DNA of 64,000 nt from the NCBI GenBank assembly GCA_030390025.1, contig CM059432.1, positions 36,334,001 to 36,398,000 on the forward strand. Direction: 5' to 3'. Positions 11,507-23,967 of the stretch are shown here, one piece after another. The translations under genes were made by a program, and so were the position numbers. This DNA comes from Squalus acanthias (lineage: Eukaryota). Every line of letters starts with the position of its first letter. Position 1 is the first letter of the stretch. Under the pieces are notes generated by a model that made no database searches, was not told where the DNA came from, and saw only the letters and a program-made list of their open reading frames with translations.

Positions 11507-14500
11507 TTTTTTTTAATATTCGTTCATGGTATGTGGGCGTCGCTGGCAAGGCCAGCATTTATTGCCCATCCCTAGTTGCCCTTGAGAAGGTGGTGGTGAC
11601 GTCTTCTTGAACCGCTGCAGTCCGTGTGGCGAAGGTACTCCCACAGTGCTGTTAGGGAGGGAGTTCCAGGATTTTGATCCAGCGACGATGAAGGAACGGC
11701 GATATACTTCCGAGTCAGGATGGGGTGTGTGACTTGGAGGGGAACTTGGAGGTGGTGGCGTTCCCATGCGCCTGCTGCCCTTGTCCTTCTAGGTGGTAGA
11801 GGAGGTGCTGCCAAAGAAGCCTTGGCGAATTGCTGCAGTGCATCTATTGAAGATGGTACACACTGCAGCCACAGTACGCCTGTGGTGGAGGGAGTGAATG
11901 TTTAAGGTGGTTGATGGGGTGCCAATCAAGCGGGCTGCTTTGTCCTGGATGGTGTCGAGCTTCTTGAGTGTTGTTGGAGCTGCACTCATCCAGGCAAGTG
12001 GAGAGTATTCCATCACACTCCTTACTTGTGCCTTGTAGATGGTGGAAAGGCTTTGGGGAGTCAGAAGGTGAGACACTTGCTGCAGAATACCTAGCCTCTG
12101 ACCTGCTCTTGTTGCCACAGTGTTTATGTGGCTGGTCCAGTTAAGTTTCTGGTAAATGGTGACCCCCCAGGATGTTGATGGTGGTGGATTCGGCGATGGT
12201 AATGCCGTTGAATGTCATGGGGCAGTGGTTGGACTCTCACTTGTTGGAGATAGTCATTGCCTGGCACTTGTGTGGTGCAATTGTTACCTGCCACTTATCA
12301 GCCCAAGCCTGCAAGTCGTCCAGGTCTTGTTGCATGTGGGCATAGACTGCTTTATTATCTGAGGAGTTGTGAATGGCGCTGAACACTGCAGTCATCAGCG
12401 AACAGTCCCATTTCTGACCTTATGTTGGAGGGAAGGTCATTGATGAAGCAGCTGAAGATGGTTGGGCCTAGGACACTGCCCTTGAGGAGCTCCTGCAGCG
12501 ATGTCCTGGGGCTGAGATGATTGACCTTCAACCACCACAGCCATCTTCCTTTGTCCTAGGTATGACTCCAGCCAGTGGAGAGTTTTCCCCTGATTCCCAT
12601 TGACTTCAATTTTACTAGGGCTCCTTGATGCCACACTCGGTCAAATGCTGCCCTGATGTCAAGGGCAGTCACTCTCACCTCACCTCTGGAATTCAGCTCC
12701 TTTGTCCATGTTTAGACCAAGGCTGAAATGAAGCCTGGAGCCGAGTGGTCCTGACTGAACCCAAACTGGGCATCAGTGAGCAGGTTATTGGTGAGAAAGT
12801 GCTGCTTGATATCACTGTCGACGACACCTTCCATCACTTTGCTGATGATTGAGAGTAGACTAATGGGGCGGTAATTGGCCGGATTGAATTTGTCCTGCTT
12901 TTTGTGGACAGGACATACCTGGGCAGTTTTCCACATTGTCTGATAGATGCCAGTGTTGTAGCTGTACTGGAATAGCTTGGCTAGAGGTGCGGCTAGTTCT
13001 GGAGCGCAAGTCTTCAGCATGACAGCCGGGATATTGTCGGGGCCCATAGCCTTTGCTGTATCCAGTGCGCTCAACCGTTTCTTGATATCACGTGGAGTGA
13101 ATGGAATTGGCTGAAGACTGGCTTGTGTGATGGTGGGGACCTCGAGAGGAGGCCGATATGGATCATCTACTCAGCACTTCTGGCTGAAGATGGTTGCAAA
13201 TGCGTCAGCCTTGTCTTTTGCACTCACGTGCTGGGCTCCGCCATCATTGAGGTTGGGGCTATTCATGGAGCCTCCTCCTCCTGTTGTTTAATGGTCCACC
13301 ACCAATCACGACTGGATGTGGCAGGAATGCAGAGCTTTGATCTGATCCGTTGATTGTGGGATTGCTTAGCCCTGTCTATAGCATGCTGCTTCCGCTTTTT
13401 AACATGCATGTAGTCCTGTGTTGCAGCTTCCCCAGGTTGGCACCTAATTTTTAGGTACGCCTGGTGCTGCTCCTGGCATGCTCTTGTACACTCCTTATTG
13501 AACCAGGGTTGGTCCCCTGGCTTGATGGTAATGGTCGAGTGAGGGATATGCTGGGCCATGAGGTTACAGATTGTGATGGAATACAATTCTGCAGCTGATG
13601 GCCCACAGCGCCTCATGGATGCCCAGTTTTGAGCTGCTGAATTTGTCCCATTTAGCACGGTGGTAGTGCCACACAACACGATGGAGGGTGTCCTCAGTGT
13701 GAAGACGGGACTTCGTCTCCACAATGACTGACTGTGCGGTGGTCACTGCTGCCAATGCATCTGCGACAGGTAGATTGGTGAGGATGCAGGTCAAATAGGT
13801 TTTCCCCCTCGTGTTGGTTCTCTCACCACCTGTGGCAGGCCCAGACTGGCAGCTATGTCCTTAAGGACTCGGCCAACTTGGTCAGTAGTGGTGCTACCGA
13901 GCCACTCCTAGTGATGGACGTTGAAGTCCCCCACCCAGAGTACATTCTGTGCCCTTGCTACTCTCAGTGCTTCTTCCAAATGGTGTTCAACATGGAGGAG
14001 TACTGATTCATCAGCTGAGGGAGGGCGGTAAGTGGTAATCAGCAGGAGGTTTCCTTGTGTGTGTTTGACCTGAAGCCATGAGACTTCATGGGGTCAATGT
14101 TGAGGACTCCCAGGGTCGCCACTCCTTCACGACTCTATACCACTGCCGCCACCCCTGGTGGGTCTGTCCTGCCGGTGGGACAGGACATACCCAGGGATGG
14201 TGATGGTGTAGTTTGGGACATTGGCTGAAAGGTATGATTCTGTGAGTATGACTATGTCAGGCTGTTGCTTGACTAGTCTGTGGGACAGCTCTCCCAATTT
14301 TGGCACAAGTCCCCAGATGTTGGTGAGGAGGACTTTGCAGGGTCGGCTGGGTGTGCCGTTGTCGTGTCTGTAGCTGGTGCCGAGGTCGATGCCGGGTGGT
14401 CTGTCCATTTTTTTTTATTCTTACTGCTTTTCGTAGCTTTTTTTTTACCACTAGTGGCTTGCTAGGCTATTTCAGAGGGCAGTTAAGTGTTGACCACATT

Positions 14501-14772
14501 GCTTTGGGTCTGGAGTCACACATAGGCCAGACCAGGTAAGGACGGCAGATTTCTTTCCCTAAAGGACATTAGTGAACCAGATGGGTTTTTATGTCAATCC
14601 GATAGTTTCATGGTCACCATTACTGATACTAGCTTTTTATTCCAGATTTATTTAATTAACTGAATTTAAATTCCCCAGCTGTCGTGGTGGGATTTGATCT
14701 CGCGTCTCCGGATCATTAGTCCAGGCCTCTGGATTACTAGTCCAGTAACATAACCACTATGCTGCCGTTCCC
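11507..14772 (-). mobile_element. Full-length single-ORF non-LTR retrotransposon (APE + RT, CR1-group) with tRNA-derived SINE head and Meta domain as its 5' UTR; ORF disrupted
   Basis: EN N-terminus (LLTNIWGL..PDIVILTESYL..RQDRPTRGGG, 14127-14408), GDFN at ~13919-13931, RT motifs (GPDNIP, NYRPISLL, QFGF, FADD ~12390), C-terminal WNSLP, poly(A) at 11507-11514. TSD ttaaatgca (11497-11505) / ttaaacgca (14773-14781). Confidence 0.9.
14690..14764 (-). promoter_or_regulatory. Type-2 RNA polymerase III internal promoter (A and B boxes) at the 5' end of the LINE
   Basis: A box CAGCATAGTGG (14754-14764) and B box GATCAAATCC (14690-14699), each one mismatch from consensus; sister SINE copies carry TAGCGTAGTGG and GTTCAAAT. 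Confidence 0.7.
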
Positions 14773-15010
14773 TTAAACGCACTGCCCAATGTGATACTGA
14801 ACTATATAGACCAGGAAGATCCGAGTTGAATCCTCATTCTCTGCTGAGCTAGCTGATCTCAACTGAGGCAGTGGTACGGGAAATGCAATTGGCATCCACT
14901 CCCCTGGGCTAGGGAAAAGAAAAACAACCAGGGTACCCCTCCTGATTGCAACCAGTAACCATACATGTATTTGGACATTGGAAGAGGTAGGATTGAGTTC
15001 TGTGACTTTT
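14773..15010 (+). mobile_element. Ancient SINE body that served as the insertion target of the 11507-14772 LINE
   Basis: Same family as 10204-10430; its head appears to continue from ~11485-11505 on the other side of the LINE. Confidence 0.6.
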
Positions 15011-15769
15011 CTCCCATTTTCCACCATTTGCTGATGCTTATCTGCAGAGCTGTTTCCCCATTGTCTTGAGAGGTGAAAAATAAGAATGAACAAATATTCA
15101 TCGTAGTGGAGGTACATAACCTGTCAGATCTATCTGTCTGATCTCTCTTCTCCTGATCGTCTAGCCTTGTATGCACATGAGCAAGAAACATCGAAAAATA
15201 ATTGCACACTCAGTCTGAGGTAAATTTGTATTTAACTACTGGATGTTTGAAAATAGCTTTCCCATTGATTTATAATGTTTCAACTTGCTGGCTGCTGGCT
15301 TATATTTAATAGGCCTTGCAGTCAGACTACCTCCTAGAGATTATCTGTCGAACTACATTTCTGTTATCTTGTCTGTTTATAACTGGAATATTTTACAAGT
15401 TTGCTTTTGCAGATCTTTTTCCACCTAATCATATGCTTTGTGAGTTCGAAGATTATTCCCCCCCTCAAAATATGAGGTATGCTGTTAAATGGCACAGTGG
15501 GCCTGGGCATGCTCTTTACCTTCCTCCATTTATGCTCCTAGGCTGTACTTCGAAAAATTTAATGGGTGAAATGTTCAATATCTGGAAGTGCACCTTTGAG
15601 CAGTGGAGCAAGCTTTTTATCCTTTAAGCAGCTTGTTAATTCATTGCAACTGCTAGCTAGAGGAACTAGCTGGTGCAGTGGACTTGTGAACATGCACATA
15701 GAATGCATGCATTCAGAGGCATGCATTAACACCTGAGCTTGAATCCAATTCGAGATGGAATTGAGGTCT

Positions 15770-16680
15770 GAGGTGAAAATACTTGTAAAAGTAGTAAACA
15801 GTGAGGAGGATAGCAGTAGACTTCAGGAGGGCATACACAGTCTGGTGAAATGGGCAGAGACATGGCAGATGAAATTTAACAGAGAAATGTGTAGTGATGG
15901 ATTTTGGAAGGAAGAATGAGGAGAGGCAATATAAACGAAATGGTGTACTTTTAAAGTGGGTGCAGGAACAGAGACCTGGGGTTTACATACAGAAATCTTT
16001 TGAAGGTGGCAGGACAAGTTGAGAAGGCTATTTAAAAAAGCATACTGGGTCCTCAGGTTTATAAATAGAGGAATAAGAGTACAAAAGCAAGTTATGCTAA
16101 ACCTTTTTTTAAAAAAAAAATCACTAGTTAAACCTCAGCTGGAGTATTGTCCAATTCTGGGCACCACACTTTAGGAAGGATGTCAAGGCATTGGAGAGGG
16201 TGTAGAGCAGATTTACTAATAATGGTATGAGGGACTTCAGTTACATGGAGAGACTGGAGAAGCTTGGATTGCTCTCCTTGGAGCAGAGAAGGTTAAGGGA
16301 GATTTAATAGAGGCATTCCAAATCATGAACGGTTTTGATAATGTAAATAAGGAGAAACCGTTTCCACTGGCAGAAAAATTGGTAACCAGAGGACACAGAT
16401 TTAAGGTAATTGGCAAAAAAGCCAAAGGTGAGATGAGAATTTTTTTAATTTTTTTTTTACACAGTGAGTTATGATCTTGGAATGCACTGCCTGAAAGAGT
16501 GGTGGAAGCAGATTCAATAGTAACTTTCAAAAGGGGATTGGATAAATACTTGAAAAGGAAAAATTTGCAGGGCTATGGGGAAAGAGCAGGGGAGTGGGAC
16601 TAATTGGATAGCTCTTTCAAAGAGCTGACACAGGCATGATGGGCCAAATGGCCTCCTTTGGTGCTGTAAGATTCTGTGAT
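15770..16680 (+). mobile_element. CR1 LINE 3' fragment, degraded
   Basis: Collinear with 50230-51147 (DSSRLQE..WADTWQMKFN..WNALPE). Confidence 0.9.
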
Positions 16681-17744
16681 CAGGATGCTGAACAACACTT
16701 GAAATGGACTTCTAGGCAGATAGGTGGAAGTGAAAACTTGGAATTATTTAGGAACCAATTATATGCAGCAGTTGGGGGGGCGGTAGGGGGAGTGTTGGGT
16801 TACTCCGGATGTATGAATCTAGATGGGCCAACGACCTACCTCATTAATGAGTAGCTTTTGATCGGTATATTCTGCACTAAATTCAGTGGTAAGCTGTGCA
16901 ACGGCTAGCAACACACAAGATGTCATACTGTAGCCATCTGATTATGCAGCGAAATATCTAAATCTCCAAGTTATCTTGCAGTTTATAGATCTTGTTGCTT
17001 ACCAATTACATCTGTTGTAAATATTGTATTTTATATTTGAGAAAGACAGCCAACCTTGTGTTGCAAGGTGCAGCAAGTTCAGTAATTCAAATGACAGTTT
17101 ACTATTGTATGACTTATTTGGAAATATAATCCCCTGATTTCTAGACCATAGGTTTGAAATGGACAGAAGCTGCTTAGACTTGGGCTTTTGCACAGCTGTA
17201 TTGCTTATTGAAGAACTGACCTAAGACTCCATTTCATTGACTTTGCTTGTAGTCTGTGTACAATATATACAGAAGTATTTATAATCCATTGAATGTTTTA
17301 TTTTTCAATAATGAGCTCCTTGTGCCAGCTGATTTCTTACAAAAATCCAGCATCAACTTATGTTTTTTCGCAATTAAAACTCTGCCCTGGAACACGAAGC
17401 CTCAAGCAAAACTTTATAATCCTTAATGCGTGCTTGTTAAAGGCTTTTTTTTTGAAGGGGGCAAGGGAGAGAAGGGGAGGAAAGAACAAGTATTAGCGAA
17501 ATGTTTGGCAGCATGCATCAAAGGGTGAGGATTCCGTTCATTGTGGGAAACTGTGTTTCACTCCCGTGGTTATTGGCATCCCCGCGATCCCAACCTGCTA
17601 ATTATATCCTTGTCCGTGTTGTCACTGGATTTCAGTGAAGTGTAATGTGGGGGGCTGTGAAGTTTTCGTACTGTCTCCACGAACTGTGAAAAACAAACGT
17701 CAGTAATAGAAGTTATCCGTATAAGCTTAGGGTTGTGTTTGGAA

Positions 17745-18205
17745 AAAGAAAGACTTGCATTTATATAGCATCTTTCACAACCACTGGACATCTCGAAGTG
17801 CTTTACAGCCAATGAAGCACTTTTTGGCGTGTAGTCACTGTTGTAATGTAGGAAATATGGCAGCCAATTTGCGCACAGCAAGCTCCCACAAACAGCAATG
17901 TGATAATGACCAGATAACCTGTTTTTGTTATGTTGATTGAGGGATAAATATTGGCCAGGACACTGGGGATAACTCCCCTGCTCTTCTTTGAAATAGTGCT
18001 GTGGGATCTTTTACATCCACCTGAGAGCAGACGGGGTTTCGGTTTAACGTCTCATCCGAAAGACGGCACCTCCGACAGTGTAGCACTCTCTCCGTACTGC
18101 ACTGGAGTGTCAGCTTAGATTTTTGTGCTCAAGTCCCTGGAGTGGGACTTGAACCCACAACCTTCTGACTCGGGCGAGAGTGCTACCCACTGAGCCACAG
18201 TCACA
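17745..18205 (-). mobile_element. SacSINE1-like DeuSINE, full length (tRNA head + Deu domain + L2 tail)
   Basis: Minus strand: TGGCTCAGTGG A box, GGTTCAAGTCC B box, Deu-like core (gaagagcaggggagttatccccagtgtcctggccaatatt), tail gctatataaatgcaagtctttcttt. Confidence 0.85.
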
Positions 18206-18411
18206 CTGAAGGGAACATTTTGAGCTGTAAAACACTGGGTGATGTAATGGAGGTTACTGGTGGTAGTGCTGGGAACAATGTGAGGGGGTGGATTAAGAGC
18301 ATCAGACAAGACACCTATTGAGATTTTTTTATATTCTTATAGTATATTCGTGCCAATATGCTAAATAAGTCTGGTGACTACTGTTTCTAATGAAGTGCTT
18401 TAGATGTCCTG

Positions 18412-18510
18412 AAAGAAAGACTTGCATTTATATAGCACCTTTCACGACATCAGGACATCCTAAAGTGCTTTACAGTCAATGAAGTACTTTTGAAGTGTAG
18501 TTACTGTCAT
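18412..18510 (-). mobile_element. SacSINE1/L2-type 3' tail fragment
   Basis: aaagaaagacttgcatttatatagcacctttcacgac matches 17745-17850. Confidence 0.75.
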
Positions 18511-19114
18511 CATACAAGTATCAAAGTAGCATGCAGTATTGGAACTGTTGTTGACTCACCCAAATTAAAAAAAAACACTGGCAGCCTTCTAGCTGTTGTG
18601 GAAGTTTTCCAACCTTGGTCACACATCAATGCAATGATCTATTGAATGCTATTTAGTGTGAGTGGAGGCATCTTTTATCCACTGATGAATTAAAAGGATC
18701 TCCAGAGGATGGTCAGAATTTTATTTTTAACCCAACAGTATATGATGCTCCTTTCTGCTGAAATACATTTACAAGAAAGTAGGAATCAAAAGGCTGTCCG
18801 CCAAGTCTAATTGTGCATTCAGGGGCCCCCACAGGCCAGTTTCCCCTCGCTTAGATGTGATATCTTAGAGAAGCTATGAGGGAGATTGGAAACCAACTGG
18901 AGGACAGGTGAAGGAATGTAGTTGTCTTGTACTCAGGGCAAATCACTGAAGTTGAACAATTAAAAGCTGATTTTAGTGTAATAACGTAAGAAATAGGAGC
19001 AGGTATAGGTACTTTTTTTTTGCTTTACTAAAAGTGTTAAGCAATCTGAGTGCAAGGGTGCTGGCTTTAACTGGGGTAAATTAAAACTGAAATATCATGC
19101 AAGTTTTATAAGAT

Positions 19115-20490
19115 CAGGAGTGGGCCTGTTTGCTGATAATTCTAGTCGTTCAGTTCCATTCACGATGACTCCAATAATGAAGCAACCCATGCCAATCTAC
19201 AGTGGGGCCTGGACAACTCCCAGGCTTGGGCTGACAAGTGACAGGTAACATTCATGCCACTTGATTACCAGGCAATGACCATCTCCAACAAAAAAAACAA
19301 ATACATCCCCCTGACCTTTAACACCACCACCATCACTAAATCCCCTACCATCAACATCTTGAAGGTCACCACTGACCAGAAGCTTAACTGGACCAGTCAT
19401 ATCAACATAGTGGCTCACATCCTGACCCCTCAAATCCCATCTACCATCGAGAAGACCCAAGTAAGGATTGTGTTGAAATACTCACCAGTCACCACTCGCC
19501 TGGTTGGGTGCAGTTGCACCAAAACTGAAGAATCTTGACATTATCCAGAACACAAGTCCACCTGATCTGGGCATTTGACACTGAACTTAATATCTGCCTC
19601 CTCCACCTGTTGTGCACCATGGCTACAGTCTGTACTACAGGAAACTCTTTGGTATCCGGGACCGGCGTGGTGCCGGTTGATCGAAAGTTCCGGATAACAG
19701 AGAGCTATATCTACCGAGGCTATTTTTAACAAAGAAAAATAAAAAAATCAAGAAATGTGCAGTATACAGTATTTGGGTATTCACCTACAGAATGTTGTGT
19801 TAAATGGATGGTGGAAGATGCTTGATTAAGTACAGTACTGCCAGTTGAGAGTAATCCATAACTCTTTAATTACTTAACAGTAAGTGAGACTCCCGGCAGC
19901 GCGGGAGAATCAACTCCTGCTACTGCAGTGTTTCGGAATTCCGACTGCGCCAGGAGGCCGAGTAGTGGCACTTTTGAAAACTACCCCTACTGACTAAATC
20001 GGCGTTCGCGGACTCTGGATCGGCAACATTGCCGGTTATTTGAGAGGAGTTTTCGGAGTACTCGGCGTTCGCGGAGACTCGGACTGCGACTCGGCAACAT
20101 TGCCGGTTATTTGAGAGGAGTTTTCGGAGGATGATTTTTGCCGGTTAAGCGAGAATTCCGGATATTTGGGTGCCGGATAAACAAGAGTTTCCTGTATCTA
20201 AAGGATGCACTGCAGCAACTTACCAAGGTTATTCTCTCCCTGAGACCTCTACCACGGAGAAGAAAGCAGCAGTGTTGTGGGAATGGCATTGCCTCCAAGT
20301 CACGCACCATCTGCGACTTACTGCTGTTCCTTCACTGTCGCTGGCTCAATATCTAGAAACTCCCTACCGAACATCATGAGCAGAATCGGCACAAGGACTG
20401 TAGCAATTCGGAGAGAAGGCCTACCATGTTCTCGGCAGCCAGAGACGGACAGCAAATTTGGCATTGCCAGTGTTGCCCACATCCCATGTA
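19115..20490 (+). mobile_element. Degraded 3' copy of the 11507-14772 LINE family, interrupted by a MITE
   Basis: QAMTISNK..PLTFN..DQKLNWTSHIN peptide; tail ggcattgccagtgttgcccacatccc. Confidence 0.8.
19638..20194. mobile_element. Tc1/mariner (pogo/Tigger-like) MITE
   Basis: TIR CAGGAAACTCTT / AAGAGTTTCCTG; TA TSD at 19636-19637 and 20195-20196; internal ~60-bp direct duplication (~20000-20128). Confidence 0.9.
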
Positions 20491-22507
20491 GTTCGAGTGC
20501 TACAGTTAACTCTGTACCTCTCTAGGGTTTCTCCTCCTGATTGCTATCCAGTGACTCCAGTTTTTGTGTGTTTATGTATGTGTTGGCTGAGAATACAATT
20601 AGGCTTGGTTGTGTTGTCCTCCATATTCAAACAGCCTGTCACACTCTGCTATTGTTTGTAAATCTAGATGTCAGGGTACCAAAGGAATAACATCTGTGGA
20701 TGTGCAGTCAGTAATTTCCAAAGAGGAATGGAGAACAACTGAGGTTGAGTGGGAGAAGTGAAGTGCAAGCAGCTCAACAGACTGCTGTCTTTTTCTTTGG
20801 TCTTTTCCATTTGGTTAAGCAATTGTCCTGCTTCTGATGACAGGTCAGGAATGGCAGGTATGGCTTTAGGACAGCATGAAACACCATGGTGTCATCACTA
20901 ATAAAACCTCCTTTGAAAAAGAGATAAATAGAGCAGATCAACGACAGTGGGACCTGTCTCGCACTGATTAGAGCGACATGCAAACAAGAGTAGGAACCTA
21001 ATCCTTTTTTAGTTTTGAAATTCATCTGTGAGAATCCCTGCAAATATGCACATTCTGGATAACTCCCCTCTCCCATTCTTACTTCTGAACACGTCAGTAT
21101 TTATCACTGCAGAAAAGTTTTTTGATTACAGCTCCAGAAATAACACTACAAAAACAACAAATATAGAAAGATACAGAAAACTGATATATGGACAGAAATT
21201 TGACCTTTGGATCTTACGGTATCCCTTTGGGGACCCCAGTTTGAAAATGTTTTCTTCATTGCTGTTTAACATTCATGATCAACTCTAACTAAACTACGAG
21301 TCAATCCCCCATGGTGCTGCACACAGCGAATCAAGACCAAGTTTCATAGTCAAGTGAAGCAAAGTTAGAGGGCCAGGGAGGCAGAGTAATTCACTCACCG
21401 ATTTAATTCACGCATTCTGTCTTTTCTATAGTTAAATGGAAAAACATGCGGTAATTTGGGAAGCAGAGATGTAGATTTGTTTAGAGGGTGGGAGTTTTGT
21501 TGCATTGTAGGTTGAGGAACTGGTAGAGACAAAACTTAGGCGCTACAGCGCCGCCACTGGCAAGGGGATATACTTTCAGTGTGACAGGTTTACATGGGTA
21601 GTTTTCATTATAAATGTAGACGCAAGAGTTCATCATGGAAAAAGTTGCTGGGGAATACGTGCAGATGTAACATTTTTAATATAAAATGGCTGTCAGTAAA
21701 GGTTGCAGGTAACTGAACTGTACAGATTGAAAGTTCTAAAGTTTGATCCAGTTCTGTACTGAATTAATTGGTCTCAGCCAGGATAGCAGTATGGGTGCCA
21801 CAACTGGCTTTTGATTCTGGATCTAAAAGGGATCTGCCAATGTTTGCACTCCTGATTGCTGTCCAGTAACTCATACTGGACAGCGTGGCTACATTGACAT
21901 TATGGATGCATCCTGTCCTCATCCAAGGGCTTAAGCTATTACTTGTTGTGCAGCTCACATATGGAAGGATGGCACTCTTGCAATGTACTGGTGATGCTAC
22001 CAACACCTCTGAGCTGTACATCAAGAATTGGTGGCTTTAGGAAAGGTGGAATAAAACTTTGATGTGCGGATCAGTATTTTTCTTGTGGGAATTGAAATTA
22101 TAGTTTCAAAAATTGCTGCCGTTGCTATCTGTCTTTTTTGAGATGCAGAATGTTTGAATTAGTTGATTCTTTTTTTCCCTGATCTCCCTTTGGGAAGTCA
22201 CTGTGAGACTTTGATTTTGTAAGGCTTGGTTGTAATTTGGAATGGAGTGACCGTTCTTTTTTTCCCTCTGTCTCCCTTGGAGGAAATTTTTGTATAAATC
22301 TTGCTACACTGTTCTAGAGTATTGTGCCACAAATGTGTGAATTAGCATGACTCATTTTAAAAACAGAATAAAGGAGAACAGTGTTTTACACTGTTGTGAT
22401 ACTAGATCTGTGTTGTGAGCTTGTGCTCAGAGTAAGTTTCTCAGCAGCTTTAACCTGTGGTATTATTATAGATTTAGGAGACAGCCTTCGTTTTAGTGTC
22501 TTATCCA

Positions 22508-23404
22508 GTTTTTTTTTTTAATTAATTTTTTTATTCGCTTATGGGATCTGGGCATTGCTGGCAAGGCCAGCATTTATTGCCCATCCCTAGTTGCCCTTGA
22601 GAAGATGGTGGTGAGCCACCTTCTTGAACCGCTGCAGTCCGTGTGGCGATGGTATTCCCATGGTGATGTTAGGTAGGGAGTTCCAGGATTTTGACCCAGC
22701 GACGATTAAGGATCGACGATATACTTCTAAGTCAGGATGGTGTGTGACTTGGAGGTGAACTTGGAGGTGGTGGTGTTCCCATGCACCTGCTGCCCTTGTC
22801 CTTCTAGTTGGAAGAGGTCACGGGTTTGGGAGGTGCTGCCGAAGAAGCCTTGGCGAGTTGCTGCATTACATCTTGTAGATGGTATACACTGCAGCCACGG
22901 TAAGCCGGTGGTGGAGTGTGTGAATGTTTAAGTTGGTGGATGGGGTGCCAATCAAGTGGGCTGCTTTGTCCTGGATGGTGTCGAGCTTCTTGAGTGTTGT
23001 TGGAGCTGCACTCATCCAGGCAAGTGGAGAGTATTCCATCACACTCCTTACTTGTGCCTTGTAGATGGTGGAAAGGCTTTGGGGAGTCAGGAGGTGAGAC
23101 ACTCGCTGCAGAATACCTAGCCTCTGACCTGCTCTTGTTGCCACAGTATTTATGTGGCTGGTCCAGTTAAGTTTCTGGTTAATGGTGACCCCCAGGATGT
23201 TGACAGTGGGGGATTCGGCGATGGTAATGCCATTGAATGTCAAGGGGAAGTGATTAGACTCTCGCTTGTTGGAGATAGTCATTGCCTGGCACTTCTGTGG
23301 CGTGAATGTTACCTGCCACTTTTCAGCCCAAGCCTGACCGTCGCCCAGGTCTTGTTGCATGTGGGCATGGACTGTTTCATTATCTGAGGAGTTGTGAATG
23401 GCGC
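22508..23404 (-). mobile_element. 5'-truncated copy of the 11507-14772 LINE family
   Basis: Collinear with 11507-12380; poly(A) tail at 22508-22533. Confidence 0.92.
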
Positions 23405-23967
23405 ATCTGACAATGCAGCACACCCTCAGTACTGCACTGGAGTGGTAGCCGAGATTATATATTCCTCTTTTAACTGGATTGCTTTTACAATTTTGCTGGA
23501 CGCAAGGCCTGTGCTATGTGTAGCTGTATATATCTATGCATATTGTATCCATAGTTGTACACGTTTACACTCTTCTATCTTTCCTCCCTTCCTGCCTCAA
23601 AAAAAAAAATGCCCTAAAAATGTAAATGGTCATAACACTACTTCAAATGCTGTAGCTGTTTTCAAAGCAAGCTGCTTTAGGTAAAAGTTAATTCTTCAAA
23701 TTGTATTCAGGTCTGTGCCTCCGTGAAGGATCCTGATACTCTGACATTTGTGTACCTTCAGGTTGACCGACTTTGAAATGCTGCCGGCTAGGTTTCTGAT
23801 TTAGTTTAGGTTTATGCCTGAACAAAATCGAGATGTATCTGCCTTCCTTAAAGTAACATTGCTCCCACAATCGTCTTCATTCCAAGATACTTTCTAAGTT
23901 AGCCCTTTATAATGTGTTAAAGTCTGCCAGCGATGCACAGTGGCAGCTGTTGCATCGTGGGCATTAG

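Noticed and set aside
14690..14772. Functional tRNA gene (also 18140-18205 and 9612-9680)
   Set aside because: Heads of SINE/LINE repeats: no complete cloverleaf, duplicated anticodon-like arm, no downstream T-run terminator.
21540..21570. CTCF-like site (cagcgccgccactggc)
   Set aside because: Spacing is one base off the core consensus and only half the motif matches.
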